The notes under the pieces were generated by a model, which saw only the letters and a list, made by a program, of their open reading frames with translations, ran no database searches and was not told the origin of the DNA. Both the position numbers and the translations under genes were made by a program. A stretch of DNA of 63,536 nucleotides, the filler included, from Octopus bimaculoides (lineage: Eukaryota): assembly GCF_001194135.2 (NCBI RefSeq). It is 8 parts of 7 records of this genome, joined end to end, with 100 filler letters (N's around TTAATTAATTAA, not from the genome) between each part and the next. Parts side by side here need not be neighbours in the genome. Positions count along the whole stretch, not along the records: positions 1 to 4,105 come from NC_069000.1; positions 4,206 to 12,612 come from NC_068989.1; positions 12,713 to 39,235 come from NC_068983.1; 5 more parts are not named here. One strand, written 5' to 3'. How positions within the stretch are numbered: position 1 is the stretch's first letter; each line of letters opens with the position of its first letter. Below are positions 1-12,888 of the stretch, piece by piece.

Positions 1-65
<65 letters not shown>

Positions 66-175
66 CACATATATATTCATATATATATATTTATATATAT
101 TTTAGTATATGTATACATATATATGTATGTATGTATAGATATACAGATAGATAGATACGAATATATATATATGCA
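1..175. repeat. (AT)n-rich microsatellite
   Basis: Perfect (AT)n over the first 60 nt, then degenerate AT/AC/GT dinucleotide runs. Confidence 0.95.
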
Positions 176-868
176 CACACACATGCATCCAGTACGTTCA
201 AAGTCGAATTTATAACGTGAATCCTACGTACATCTCTATGAGACTGAATGTGCCTATGTGTGCGACTGTATGTATCTGTCTTTTATATATTCATTTACAC
301 ACACACTCACACACACATATATGTATGTATATATATACGCTCATATAATAAATATGTATATCTATGCACATATATATGTAAGTATGAATATATATATATA
401 TGTGTGTATGTATGCATTTACACATGGTATATATACATACATAACTATATACATACATACACGCATAGACACAAAGACAGCTTCGTGTATTTATTCATAT
501 ATATAGAATACGTACATACATGTATGTATAAATTCTTTATTGTTTATGCATGTGTTTCCTACATGAAATCAATATTTAACAATCTTGGAAAATCACAATT
601 GTCTTATATTCGTATTTTTGATACGTGTTCAGGGGATTACAACAAAGAAGTATATTTTACTTTCATAGTTTGTAATTTAGGTCGGCACGCACAAACGCAA
701 AGTTTTTATCTAGACATATTAGGGATATATTTGTATGCAAGTATGTAAACGTATATACATATGTGTGTGTAAAATGTAAGCGTTTCGTGCATGTATTTAT
801 ATGTCAGTATGTGTATGCATATGTCATCGCATATATATGCATATATATGCATATGCATACATTCTACA

Positions 869-911
<43 letters not shown>

Positions 912-1536
912 CTTATGTACAAATGAATTCAAACTTTTTTCAATATAAGGACCTATGCGTACTTTCGTTACAGATATATACTAAAATATTCACATAATCA
1001 TACACAGAGAGCAATATGCACTTATATATNNNNNNNNNNNNNNNNNNNNNNNNNNNNNNNNNNNNNNNNNNNNNNNNNNNNNNNNNNNNNNNNNNNNNNN
1101 NNNNNNNNNNNNNNNNNNNNNNNNNNNNNNNNNNNNNNNNNNNNNNNNNNNNNNNNNNNNNNNNNNNNNNNNNNNNNNNNNNNNNNNNNNNNNNNNNNNN
1201 NNNNNNNNNNNNNNNNNNNNNNNNNNNNNNNNNNNNNNNNNNNNNNNNNNNNNNNNNNNNNNNNNNNNNNNNNNNNNNNNNNNNNNNNNNNNNNNNNNNN
1301 NNNNNNNNNNNNNNNNNNNNNNNNNNNNNNNNNNNNNNNNNNNNNNNNNNNNNNNNNNNNNNNNNNNNNNNNNNNNNNNNNNNNNNNNNNNNNNNNNNNN
1401 NNNNNNNNNNNNNNNNNNNNNNNNNNNNNNNNNNNNNNNNNNNNNNNNNNNNNNNNNNNNNNNNNNNNNNNNNNNNNNNNNNNNNNNNNNNNNNNNNNNN
1501 NNNNNNNNNNNNNNNNNNNNNNNNNNNNNNNNNNNN

Positions 1537-1593
<57 letters not shown>

Positions 1594-1685
1594 GATGAAT
1601 ATGTGTGTGCCTCTGTATGCATAAAAAATTGAGAATTACACGCATTAGAGAAAGAAGATATAGTTCCCGAAATCATCCCGTATCG

Positions 1686-1990
1686 TCAATATACAGGACT
1701 AGATACTAGAGTAGCTTAGGATTCAAGGACCCACTGCTCTTTAATATAGTCTCGAAGGCGTTGAGAGCCCTACATGGAGTTGATGTAGATGTCTTCAAAA
1801 CTAAACTGGATCTCCTACATTCTATAGTGACAGTTAAACCAACTTCACGGCAGTAAATAGAATGAGAGCAGCAGTATCAAACTCCCTTATTCGCCAAATG
1901 TGAACAATTAATGGAGGATCAATGAAGGTGTAGCAATACCAGCCGGTGGTACCCTAGTGTGGCTACAGCCCTTGAGTTGAAACTAATATG
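1686..1990 (+). mobile_element. CR1-like LINE, 3' end of ORF2 plus 3' UTR (decayed)
   Basis: Translates SIYRTRY*SSLGFKDPLLFNIVSKALRALHGVDVDVFKTKLDLLHS, matching the recalled CR1-clade ORF2 C-terminal pattern (GPxLFNxLPxxLR...FKxxLD). The 3' tail gtggctacagcccttgagttgaaact is shared with the copy at 27277-27545. Confidence 0.8.
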
Positions 1991-2410
1991 TATATAATTG
2001 ATGGAGGATTTCTTTAAAGATTATTAAGTTTTTTTAAATCTCACAGAAACAGAAGGACACAAACCCTTCGCGGGTATGTATTGGTACCAATACGTACCCC
2101 ACTTGTGGCGAGGGGGGGTGTATTGGTATGTATTTCAAGAAACAGCTTTCTCTAACATTTTACATAGCCTAACTTATACAAGTTAATGTCTGAAAAAAAA
2201 AAGAAAATGATAATTTTGAAAACAGTTTCTCTATAACTAATTTTAAAATTTAAAAAAATAGTAATCAAAGGAGTCCATGGATAAGAAATGGTTGAGAGCT
2301 CCTGGTCTACATCATCTAAATTATACTTTATAAATATTAATATTCTTGTGTGATCTGAAGTAAAATTAGGTACATTTTCTAGTATGTCACCCCGGAATGT
2401 ATATATGTAT

Positions 2411-2736
2411 AAAACTGGCTCTCCGTCGGTTACGATGATCAGGGTTCCAATTAATCCGATCAACGGAACAGCCTGCTCATGAAATTAACGTGCAAGTGGC
2501 TGAGGACCCCACAGACACGCGTACCCTTAACGTAGTTCTCCAGGAGATTCAGCGTGACACAGAATGTGACAAGGCTGGTCCCTATGAATTACAGGTACTG
2601 TTGTTTGCATTTTTACCTGCTGAGTAGGCCTGGAGCCACGTGAAATAAAGTATCTTGCTGAATGAAGGATACATCGCGCAGGTGGGAATCGAACTCATGA
2701 ACCGAATACCCATGCCACTAAGCGACGCGTCTTCAC
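2411..2736 (-). mobile_element. tRNA-derived SINE, family A
   Basis: Reverse complement begins gtgaagacgcgtcgcttagtgg (A-box-like) ... gagttcgattcc (B-box-like). The body gatccgatcaacggaacagcctgctc...gtgacaaggctg is shared with 4206-4550. Confidence 0.85.
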
Positions 2737-3221
2737 GCTAAGGTATAAACAAACTTGCATATTCCTGTAACGTTTCTCTCCACTAACGTGCATACGATGC
2801 ACAATAGATTTCACAAACTTTTGAGCATATCGAAACTTTTATTGATTCCACGCAGAAACTACATGCGGCTTCTTCGCGCACGTCGCCTCAGCTACGGCTC
2901 ATACGGACTGCGTGTATATCCTAAGTGGATTTACGTATAGTGCAAGCATGTATTCGTGTTTGTTTACATGTATCTGTATATCTGCTCGAGTATTTGTGTT
3001 AATGCGTGTGGTTTTTATACTGAGCGCCTTTGAGTGTGTGTGTGTGTGTGTGTGTGTTTGTGTGTGTGTGTTTGTGTGTGTGTGTTTGTGTGTGTGCGAA
3101 TGGATACGTCTGAGACAGTTTTTGTGTCAGCGTTTCTGTATGAAGGTTCACATTCATACAGAAACGCTGACACAAAAACGATAACGATACGATTGATATT
3201 CATACACACAAGCGCATGCAA

Positions 3222-3222
<1 letters not shown>

Positions 3223-3309
<87 letters not shown>
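3223..3309. repeat. (GT)n microsatellite
   Basis: Perfect GT dinucleotide run. Confidence 0.97.
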
Positions 3310-3310
<1 letters not shown>

Positions 3311-3399
3311 ATGGATATGTACATATCTGTCTATCTGTCTCGAATCGCTCCCGTTGTTTTTTTCTTATTTCTAAGCTTGGAGGTTATTCGAACCGATAT

Positions 3400-3503
3400 T
3401 CGAACCGATAAGTTACGGGGATGTAAACACAACACCAGTTGTCAAGCGGTAGTGATGGAGATGTGGTTGACAAACAAAGACACAAGTACACACACACACA
3501 TAA

Positions 3504-3553
<50 letters not shown>

Positions 3554-3708
3554 GTACGACGGGCTTCTTTCAGTTTCCGTCTAACAAATCCACTCACAGG
3601 GCTTTGGTCGGCATGGGGATCTACTAAAAGACATCAGCCCAAGGTACCACGCAGTAGGACTGAACCTGACACTATGTGTTTCTTACTACACACTCGACGC
3701 CTGCGCCT
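3400..3708 (-). mobile_element. tRNA-derived SINE, family B
   Basis: acgacgggcttctttcagtttccgtcta...aatccactcac...cccaaggtaccacgcagt matches the copies at 19032-19423 and 63171-63336, with an internal (CA)n tract. Confidence 0.85.
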
Positions 3709-4063
3709 GTGCGTATGTGTGTGCGTGTACGCGCGAGCGCGCGCGTGTGTGTGTGCGTGTGTATAAAATTGGGGCTGAAGTCTCCTTTAGTAAAGTAAGG
3801 ACTCGCAAATTCAGTTAAAAACTTACTTCATTGTTTAGAAAACCTATAAATTACTTTCACTTTAAGTGATACTCACAGGAGTTGGCGGGAAATTCATCAA
3901 TACAGTAATGAATTCTCCGAAAATACAGCACTAAAAGCCCTGTAAGAGTCTCTTATAATTAATAAGAACAATAATATAATGTCTGTGTATGTGTGTTTAA
4001 ATAAATGTATAATAGAAATATATGTATATCTCTATATATGTTTATCTATTCATCTATCTAGCC

Positions 4064-4101
<38 letters not shown>

Positions 4102-4205
4102 ATATNNNNNNNNNNNNNNNNNNNNNNNNNNNNNNNNNNNNNNNNNNNNTTAATTAATTAANNNNNNNNNNNNNNNNNNNNNNNNNNNNNNNNNNNNNNN
4201 NNNNN

Positions 4206-4550
4206 AGTTGATCCGATCAACGGAACAGCCTGCTCGTGAAATTAACGTGCAAGTGGCTGAGCACTCCACAGACAGGTGTATCCTTAATGTAGTTCTCGGG
4301 GATGTTCAGCGTGACACAGTGTGACAAGGCTGACCCTGTGAATTACAGGTACAACAGTAACAAGAAGTAAGAGTGAGAGAAAGTTGTGGTGGAAGAGTAC
4401 AGCAGGGTTCGCCACCATCCCCTGCCGGAGCCTCGTGGAGCTTTAGATGTTTTCGCTCAATAAACACTCACAACGCCCGGTCTGGGAATCGAAACCGCGA
4501 TCCTATGACCGCGAGTCCGCCGCCCTAACCACTGAGCCATTGCACCTACA
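4206..4550 (-). mobile_element. tRNA-derived SINE, family A variant
   Basis: Minus-strand head tggctcagtggttaggg...ggtttcgattccc (Pol III A/B boxes). The 3' body is homologous to 2411-2736 and is truncated by a scaffold gap. Confidence 0.85.
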
Positions 4551-4896
4551 CATATTACCATTATTATTATTTTAATTCCATACACGCACAACAGACTAGA
4601 CTGTTTGGAAAGCAAAATAGCCTTAGATGCCAATAGCCTTTCTATGTATCCTTGTGACTTCTAATAATATTGTCATGACAATGGCATTCTTCTTTTAAAT
4701 TTGATTCTATATCTTCTGGAGGAGATACCTCATTCATATATGTATTAACCAAAATGAAGTAGATTGACAAAATTATTTTTTAAACCTGTTGAAGACACAC
4801 AAGATATCGAAATATCGCTCACTAGATGACAAAGTAACTCTTTTAATTTTGACTCTATATCTTCTGGAGGAGTTACCTCAGTCCTATAATCCTATA

Positions 4897-4897
<1 letters not shown>

Positions 4898-4972
<75 letters not shown>
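4898..4972. repeat. (ATT)n microsatellite
   Basis: Perfect ATT run. Confidence 0.97.
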
Positions 4973-5635
4973 GTTCAGTAGTTTTATTTTTATAACGTGC
5001 TATCACTTTACTGCCGAGCGCAGCTCTGTGTGCCTTGGGTATGTGCTGTGGTTTGCTGTGATGCTCTTATGGTTACTGTATTGAAAGTGTTTTGCGTAGG
5101 ATGTGTGCAGTGCCCAGTAGTGCNNNNNNNNNNNNNNNNNNNNNNNNNNNNNNNNNNNNNNNNNNNNNNNNNNNNNNNNNNNNNNNNNNNNNNNNNNNNN
5201 NNNNNNNNNNNNNNNNNNNNNNNNNNNNNNNNNNNNNNNNNNNNNNNNNNNNNNNNNNNNNNNNNNNNNNNNNNNNNNNNNNNNNNNNNNNNNNNNNNNN
5301 NNNNNNNNNNNNNNNNNNNNNNNNNNNNNNNNNNNNNNNNNNNNNNNNNNNNNNNNNNNNNNNNNNNNNNNNNNNNNNNNNNNNNNNNNNNNNNNNNNNN
5401 NNNNNNNNNNNNNNNNNNNNNNNNNNNNNNNNNNNNNNNNNNNNNNNNNNNNNNNNNNNNNNNNNNNNNNNNNNNNNNNNNNNNNNNNNNNNNNNNNNNN
5501 NNNNNNNNNNNNNNNNNNNNNNNNNNNNNNNNNNNNNNNNNNNNNNNNNNNNNNNNNNNNNNNNNNNNNNNNNNNNNNNNNNNNNNNNNNNNNNNNNNNN
5601 NNNNNNNNNNNNNNNNNNNNNNNNNNNNNNNNNNN

Positions 5636-5668
<33 letters not shown>

Positions 5669-5675
5669 AACGATG

Positions 5676-5707
<32 letters not shown>

Positions 5708-5760
5708 GATGATGGTGATGATGATGGTGATGATGATGGTGGTGATGATGATGGTGGTGG

Positions 5761-5798
<38 letters not shown>

Positions 5799-5837
5799 GT
5801 GGTGATGATGATGGTGATGATGATGGTGATGATGATG

Positions 5838-5868
<31 letters not shown>

Positions 5869-5876
5869 CGATGACG

Positions 5877-5908
<32 letters not shown>

Positions 5909-6010
5909 GATGATGATGGTGATGATGATGGTGATGGTGATGGTGATGGTGATGGTGATGATCATGGTGGTTATGGTGATGATCATGGTGGTGATGGTGG
6001 TGGTGGTGGT
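5636..6010. repeat. Compound (GAT)n/(GGT)n trinucleotide repeat
   Basis: Mixed GAT/GGT triplets. This explains the poly-D, poly-M and poly-I ORFs in the track. Confidence 0.95.
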
Positions 6011-7841
6011 GAATACGACAATAAAGATAACGGTGATGATCATGCCGTTTACCACAATGTCAAGAAGATTCCACATATTTTTAGGAATATGTACGACTTT
6101 GTTATGGTGCTTCAAATATTCGAAAACCAATTATATTTATGACGATTTGATTGGTGATGGTTTGGTATACATTCTTGCAGTTGCAATGTCGTGCATAATT
6201 CCAATTTGAAAATTTAGTATCGAATATAGTATTGATCACGTATAATAATCACATTTTAACAGCGGAAATTGCAGCGACTACATTCACTATTCCGCAAAGT
6301 AATGGTAGTGTGACTACTTAAATGACTAACTCGATAGAGATAAGCGAGAAATGTAGGAGATATTGAAGTTATATTTGATGCGCAAGTTAATAATGACAGC
6401 ACTTGACCTAATCATATATTTGACGGGTGAAAGTATATGTCGTCTTTTCTTGTATAGTTAGTGACCATCCATACCGAATTTTCAGTGTACTCGCTAAAGA
6501 GTAGATCTACATTGTAGCTGAAATGTAATACCATATTAGTAATATTGTACGTTGACAATTTGCGTGCGGCTAGGTTGGAACAGGTCTGAATTTTTTAGAT
6601 TACGTTGGGGTCATCAATGTTAAAATTTTGGCGTGAGGCTGAGAAAATGTTCTTGTTGTACTAATATGGTGAATGACTCTCGTTTCGAAATGTGATATGA
6701 AATGTAATATTTATTTCGTATAATTATATTTCAAGCAATGGAAATTGCCATGAACGTTTTCAACCATATGACAAATGTAGCCTAAATCAATATTAACAGA
6801 TGCTATCCGTTTTAATAGTTTCTTTTCAATGTTCATGCTGTATCAATGAAACAATATTTGAATGCGTGTGGGCAGAACTATATAATGCGGTAAAATATTG
6901 TTAACAATGTATTTTCTCAGAAGACATAACATAATGAAAGATAACATAACAGAAATATTACATATCTAAAAATAATTCCCTATTAAAGAGAGTTTACAGC
7001 GTTCAAACATACAACGAAAGCTGTCAATTCCAGAAAATTCGAGAAACTTTTTTTTATATAGGTTCAAGCACAACTGTACTTATGTAATATATATATATAT
7101 ATATATATATTTACATACATACATATATATATATATANNNNNNNNNNNNNNNNNNNNNNNNNNNNNNNNNNNNNNNNNNNNNNNNNNNNNNNNNNNNNNN
7201 NNNNNNNNNNNNNNNNNNNNNNNNNNNNNNNNNNNNNNNNNNNNNNNNNNNNNNNNNNNNNNNNNNNNNNNNNNNNNNNNNNNNNNNNNNNNNNNNNNNN
7301 NNNNNNNNNNNNNNNNNNNNNNNNNNNNNNNNNNNNNNNNNNNNNNNNNNNNNNNNNNNNNNNNNNNNNNNNNNNNNNNNNNNNNNNNNNNNNNNNNNNN
7401 NNNNNNNNNNNNNNNNNNNNNNNNNNNNNNNNNNNNNNNNNNNNNNNNNNNNNNNNNNNNNNNNNNNNNNNNNNNNNNNNNNNNNNNNNNNNNNNNNNNN
7501 NNNNNNNNNNNNNNNNNNNNNNNNNNNNNNNNNNNNNNNNNNNNNNNNNNNNNNNNNNNNNNNNNNNNNNNNNNNNNNNNNNNNNNNNNNNNNNNNNNNN
7601 NNNNNNNNNNNNNNNNNNNNNNNNNNNNNNNNNNNNNNNNNNNNNNNNNNNNNNNNNNNNNNNNNNNNNNNNNNNNNNNNNNNNNNNNNNNNNNNNNNNN
7701 NNNNNNNNNNNNNNNNNNNNNNNNNNNNNNNNNNNNNNNNNNNNNNNNNNNNNNNNNNNNNNNNNNNNNNNNNNNNNNNNNNNNNNNNNNNNNNNNNNNN
7801 NNNNNNNNNNNNNNNNNNNNNNNNNNNNNNNNNNNNNNNNN

Positions 7842-7902
<61 letters not shown>

Positions 7903-7987
7903 CATATATATCGAGAGGGATAGAGTGAGAGAGAGATTTGAAATATTCAATAACGTCAACTAACTATATAGCAATATATGTGATTAT

Positions 7988-8120
7988 GGTGTTGCACTCA
8001 TGGTTGCGAGTTTTTGGTTTCGATTCCCAGTCTGGTCGCGTAGATTGGTCTTGGGCAAAGAGCTTTATTTCATGTTATTCCTTTTCACAGAATCCATTTG
8101 CCTGTAAATTGGTAACCATG
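7988..8120 (+). mobile_element. Old degenerate tRNA-derived SINE
   Basis: B-box-like ggtttcgattccc followed by ttgggcaaag, resembling the ttgggcaag core of family B. Confidence 0.5.
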
Positions 8121-8334
8121 TGACGGTCTATTGTTCTCGTTCAGAGACAACGTCGGTTGCTAGCTTCACCAGCGGGGACACGGCATTCAAGAGCTAAAAT
8201 AGTGCAAATCCCATTGCATCCAGCAGCTTATATCTCACAATCTCCGATAATCACGTGCCTATCATTTCGTAACATTCGCCCTCACAAACACTCAGTCAAG
8301 CACACACACACACACGCACATACAAGAACAAACA

Positions 8335-8409
<75 letters not shown>

Positions 8410-8902
8410 GTGTGTGTGTAGATATATGTATGTAAGCATATATATACTTGTATGTGTATGAGATTTATCTCTGTGTATATATACGTTTTTATACATGTAA
8501 GCAAATGCACTAATCTACCTCTAATACGGACTTATCCCAGAAACAGATGTAAAGTACAACATATACATTCTTATAGACAGATAGCAAGCTTCTCTCCAGT
8601 GGTTATCTGCATTTCCGTGGCGGATATTATTTAAATCAACATTAAGACGTGTTCAAATTCTTTCTACCATTTCGTGCTTTTTATCGATCTACGCCATTAA
8701 CTATGATTTTTCACCCTCTGGAATTTCCTTGACTCATGCTATACATATACATAGATATATATTTGTTCTCTCTTCACAATATTAATAAATATTTTATAAG
8801 TACATTGGATGCCCACAAGTTCTTTCTCAAATTAGGGTCTGTTGTACCTATAGACACATGTACGTATAGATACGTATGTATAATTACTTTCGGAATTTAT
8901 CT

Positions 8903-8942
<40 letters not shown>

Positions 8943-9954
8943 NNNNNNNNNNNNNNNNNNNNNNNNNNNNNNNNNNNNNNNNNNNNNNNNNNNNNNNNNN
9001 NNNNNNNNNNNNNNNNNNNNNNNNNNNNNNNNNNNNNNNNNNGTGTGTGTGTGTGTGTGTTTGTGCATTTGTGTGTATATACATATACATGAATCTGTGT
9101 GAACGCGGCTACGTAAACCACGCTTTATTACACGTGTAGGTGTAAACACATATGCATGTATTTATTTGTGGGTATACATTCACACTAGCAATGTTTCTCA
9201 AAATCTGCGCGATACCTTTTGTGTGCTCTTAAGTTTCAATATCGTTTAAAAATTACGAACGGTCCTAAGTTTTGGCGTGACATCTTATCTCGTCTCTGGG
9301 CCATGAAATATCAAGCAATAACAATGATAATTGGGCGAAAAAAAAAACAGGAATGAAAATATATAGCAATATATTTGCAATGTTTATGTATCTTCTGCCA
9401 TCCGTGCTTCCAACTTCAACTTCAACCTGAAGACACACAATACAAGCATTGATTACATCATTTACCTTCTAAGTCTACAGGTTCTTATATTCGGTCATAT
9501 AATACGATGGTTTTGAAAAGGTCTTTCAGCTGTTTCTCATATTGGAATGAACGATTCAATCGTCGTGATATTAATATTTTTCCATTTACACTCATTTTAT
9601 GCTCCCATCCTCTGTTGAACGCGTTCGGGGTATGAAGTAATAAGATTCATAACATTGTCTCTTTATTACCCTTATTACCAAAAGCAGAGAATGTGTGACA
9701 CCTTGTAATACGCCATTTTGTTGGGGCGGGGAGGGGGGGTTCTGTCATTTCGGCTAGGAAAGCGGGAAATGTTTCCAAGCATTGCATGCTCAGAAACCTT
9801 CATATATGCAAAGGCATTAGGGTGAACAAGCATGAGAAATATCCTCCGTATATACAACGTCGTTTATTAATTCAATATGCTCAATGAATACATACATATA
9901 TGTGTGCATGTGAGGATATGTTTGTGTGCGTGTGTGAAGTAAAACAGATATATG

Positions 9955-9986
<32 letters not shown>

Positions 9987-10189
9987 ATATATGCATATAT
10001 ACGTAAATATATATACATACTGACATATATATGTATATGCATATGCATATATGGGTACAGGACGTCATAGACCGTAAACAACATGAAATACGAAAACATG
10101 GAATACGACCTTTCTGTGAACAACGAAAGAAACAAATGGAAAACAAGACAAGTAACATAAAGAACAGTCCTTCAACAGTTGTCGGCTGT

Positions 10190-10330
10190 TTTATCTACTC
10201 CGCATTTTGAACAATTATGACAAGATGCGCCTTCGTCAAAACAGTTGCTCCCGAAAAGCAAATTAAATAAAATTTGGGATTTGCGGAGGATCAAAGTTAG
10301 TAAAAAAAAACAGGACTCTTAAGCCATAGC
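10190..10330 (+). repeat. Unclassified interspersed repeat (diverged homolog at 63400-63536, minus strand)
   Basis: actccgcattttgaacaattatgacaagatgcgccttcgtcaaaacagttgctcccg aligns by eye with the reverse complement of the window end (actccggcgtttcgaagaattaaggcagtacgcatcgttaaaatggttcttccc). Confidence 0.5.
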
Positions 10331-11738
10331 GAGGTGAAGTGGTGAACGCTGGAGAAACAAGCTTTGACAGGAGACAGAGAAGAATGCGTCTTATCTCTGC
10401 AGCTGATCGAAAGGAAAGAAAGAGACTCAAATTAAGAAAAATAAGATGGTCGATTGTCACGTGTGAGCAACGAGAGATTAAAGGCGAAAGAGTGAGGATT
10501 TTCTGGGCCTGATCACTTGTAGAAGTATATTTTCTGTGTTCTGTTTTCTCACTGAGGTCTCTCCTTTATATCACGCCTTTGAAATAGGGGAGAGCACATT
10601 CTGAAATACCTTTACCAGATGATAAGTTTGTAATTTTCCTCGTGATCCTATCTTCATTGTTTCTTATAGCAGTTAAAATATTTATTTATGTATATTTATC
10701 ATTGTCTTTTAGATATTAGCTCAGTTTGCCAGCGGTCAGATCTGTTATAATGTCCAAAGTGTTAACAGTTCTTAGAATGATGATTTTCAAATCACATTAC
10801 TTACATTATGCCTTTTAGTTTCTCCCAGATGTAGGAAGTTTCTAAGCCGCTAAACAGTAATCTTTGTGTGATATTTCGTTAAGGTTATGAACTGAAAACA
10901 ATCCAAGGTTTACAATAATCTGTTTTACTGTAAATGGCCATTATATATAGTCGTCATATACAGAATTCCCTTCCTATTTTACTCATAAAAGTACATGGTA
11001 AAAGATCAGTGACCCGCTAAAAAGCTGGTGTTAATATCTCTTAATGTATAAAAGATATTTCCAGATTTCCACTAACGTTAGAAAGAAATTATATATAAAT
11101 TAGTAGAAACTCTCTCTTTCTCTCGCATTCTCTTTCCCTCCCTCTCTCTCTTTCTCAATCTTTCTCTCTCCTAAATACCTTGCCTCACGTATTGTTTCAC
11201 TTTTCACACGTAATACTGAAATAGTGGAAGAGATAAGAGATTGCTCCGGGTTCGCATTTGGCAAGAAGTGGGAAATGTTTTAGCCTATGACACTGTATGG
11301 ACCCTAAGTAAGGCATGTTTAAAATTTGAATGAAATGGGTTGGGTAGTTCTCGAGTTTTAGTGATGCACACACACAGACAGACAGACAGACACACATTTC
11401 TCAGTTTTATATGTATAGATGTTTTGTGTGTGTGTGTGTGTGTGTATTTACTCTTTTACTCTTTTCAGTCNNNNNNNNNNNNNNNNNNNNNNNNNNNNNN
11501 NNNNNNNNNNNNNNNNNNNNNNNNNNNNNNNNNNNNNNNNNNNNNNNNNNNNNNNNNNNNNNNNNNNNNNNNNNNNNNNNNNNNNNNNNNNNNNNNNNNN
11601 NNNNNNNNNNNNNNNNNNNNNNNNNNNNNNNNNNNNNNNNNNNNNNNNNNNNNNNNNNNNNNNNNNNNNNNNNNNNNNNNNNNNNNNNNNNNNNNNNNNN
11701 NNNNNNNNNNNNNNNNNNNNNNNNNNNNNNNNNNNNNN

Positions 11739-11774
<36 letters not shown>

Positions 11775-12579
11775 CATATATGTATGTATCTATGTGGATA
11801 TATATGTGTGTGTGTGTGTGTGTGTGTATACATGTAAAATTCTTATCATTCTTAATTACTTTTTCCTTACAAATCCCCATATTTCTACCTCTCGCTATCC
11901 ACTCCGTTCTCTAACTCATTCTCTCTCTTTCCCTCTCTGTCTCTCTCTTTCTCTCCATTCTCCCTCTTTCCCTAACACCACATTTCTAAATCAATCACCC
12001 TTCAATTAGCTCTCTCTTTTCAAACCTATCACATTGTAAGACTGTCTTGTACGTCACCTTATGAATCCAACTTCTGTCCATCCTCCCCTCGCTCCTTCTC
12101 CTTCGCTACATCAACCTTTCCTCGCATTCTGAAATCAACACCCCCAACACCACCACAAGACCATTATAATAAAACTTCCAGCCTCCTCCACACACACACA
12201 CATACACACACACACCGACAACCACAATGCAACGGGTGCAAAATTAATACAACGCACGTCAGTATACAAAGTAGAATGTTCAGTCTTCTTTGATGTACCG
12301 GATAAATATGTAGATGTTGCCAGTTTATGCCTGGGAGTACGTTCCCTAGAGAGGAAACATTCGCATAATCCCGGCACCTTACATTACACCACTGGTGGCG
12401 CCGGGGGAAGTGCTGGTGGTCGCAGTGGTGTTGGTGGTGATGGTGGTGCTGACGGTAGTTGAGAAAAGTAGTCGGCTGGATAAAGTCGGTGGCGGAGTAC
12501 AAAATGTAACAGCACTATCCGCATCACACACGTAAATGGAAACATATATACTATATATGTGTGTGTGTGTTTGTGTATG

Positions 12580-12612
<33 letters not shown>

Positions 12613-12888
12613 NNNNNNNNNNNNNNNNNNNNNNNNNNNNNNNNNNNNNNNNNNNNTTAATTAATTAANNNNNNNNNNNNNNNNNNNNNNNNNNNNNNNN
12701 NNNNNNNNNNNNATATATATGTGTGTGTGTGTATGTATGTATGTATGTATGTATGTATGTATGTATATATGTACATATATATATATATTCATACTCTGTG
12801 TGTATATAAGTATGCATATTAAACGAGTGTTTGTGTTAGCGTGCGCGTGCGTGTGGCTGATTTCACTGCCTGTATCCAATTTTTTCTG

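Noticed and set aside
248-1676. Long Y/I/C/V/H/T-rich ORFs and ORFs spanning N runs (here and throughout the window)
   Set aside because: They are produced by AT/AC/GT microsatellites and untranslatable gaps, with no domain content.
4150-4161. TTAATTAATTAA flanked by N runs, recurring at 4150, 12657, 39280, 47760, 50187, 54962 and 58333
   Set aside because: The same 12-mer (stops in all six frames) sits in the middle of an N pad each time, with 44 N per side where counted. It is an assembly/scaffolding spacer, not biology. Sequences on either side of these joins may not be adjacent in the genome.
4480-4550. tRNA genes suggested by A/B-box motifs (also at 2700, 52850, 53200, 63180)
   Set aside because: Each lacks a complete cloverleaf and continues into a shared SINE body, so these are tRNA-derived SINE heads.
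4997-6209. 381-aa poly-Asp ORF and overlapping poly-Met/poly-Ile ORFs
   Set aside because: All frames are open only because of a (GAT/GGT)n repeat next to a gap.
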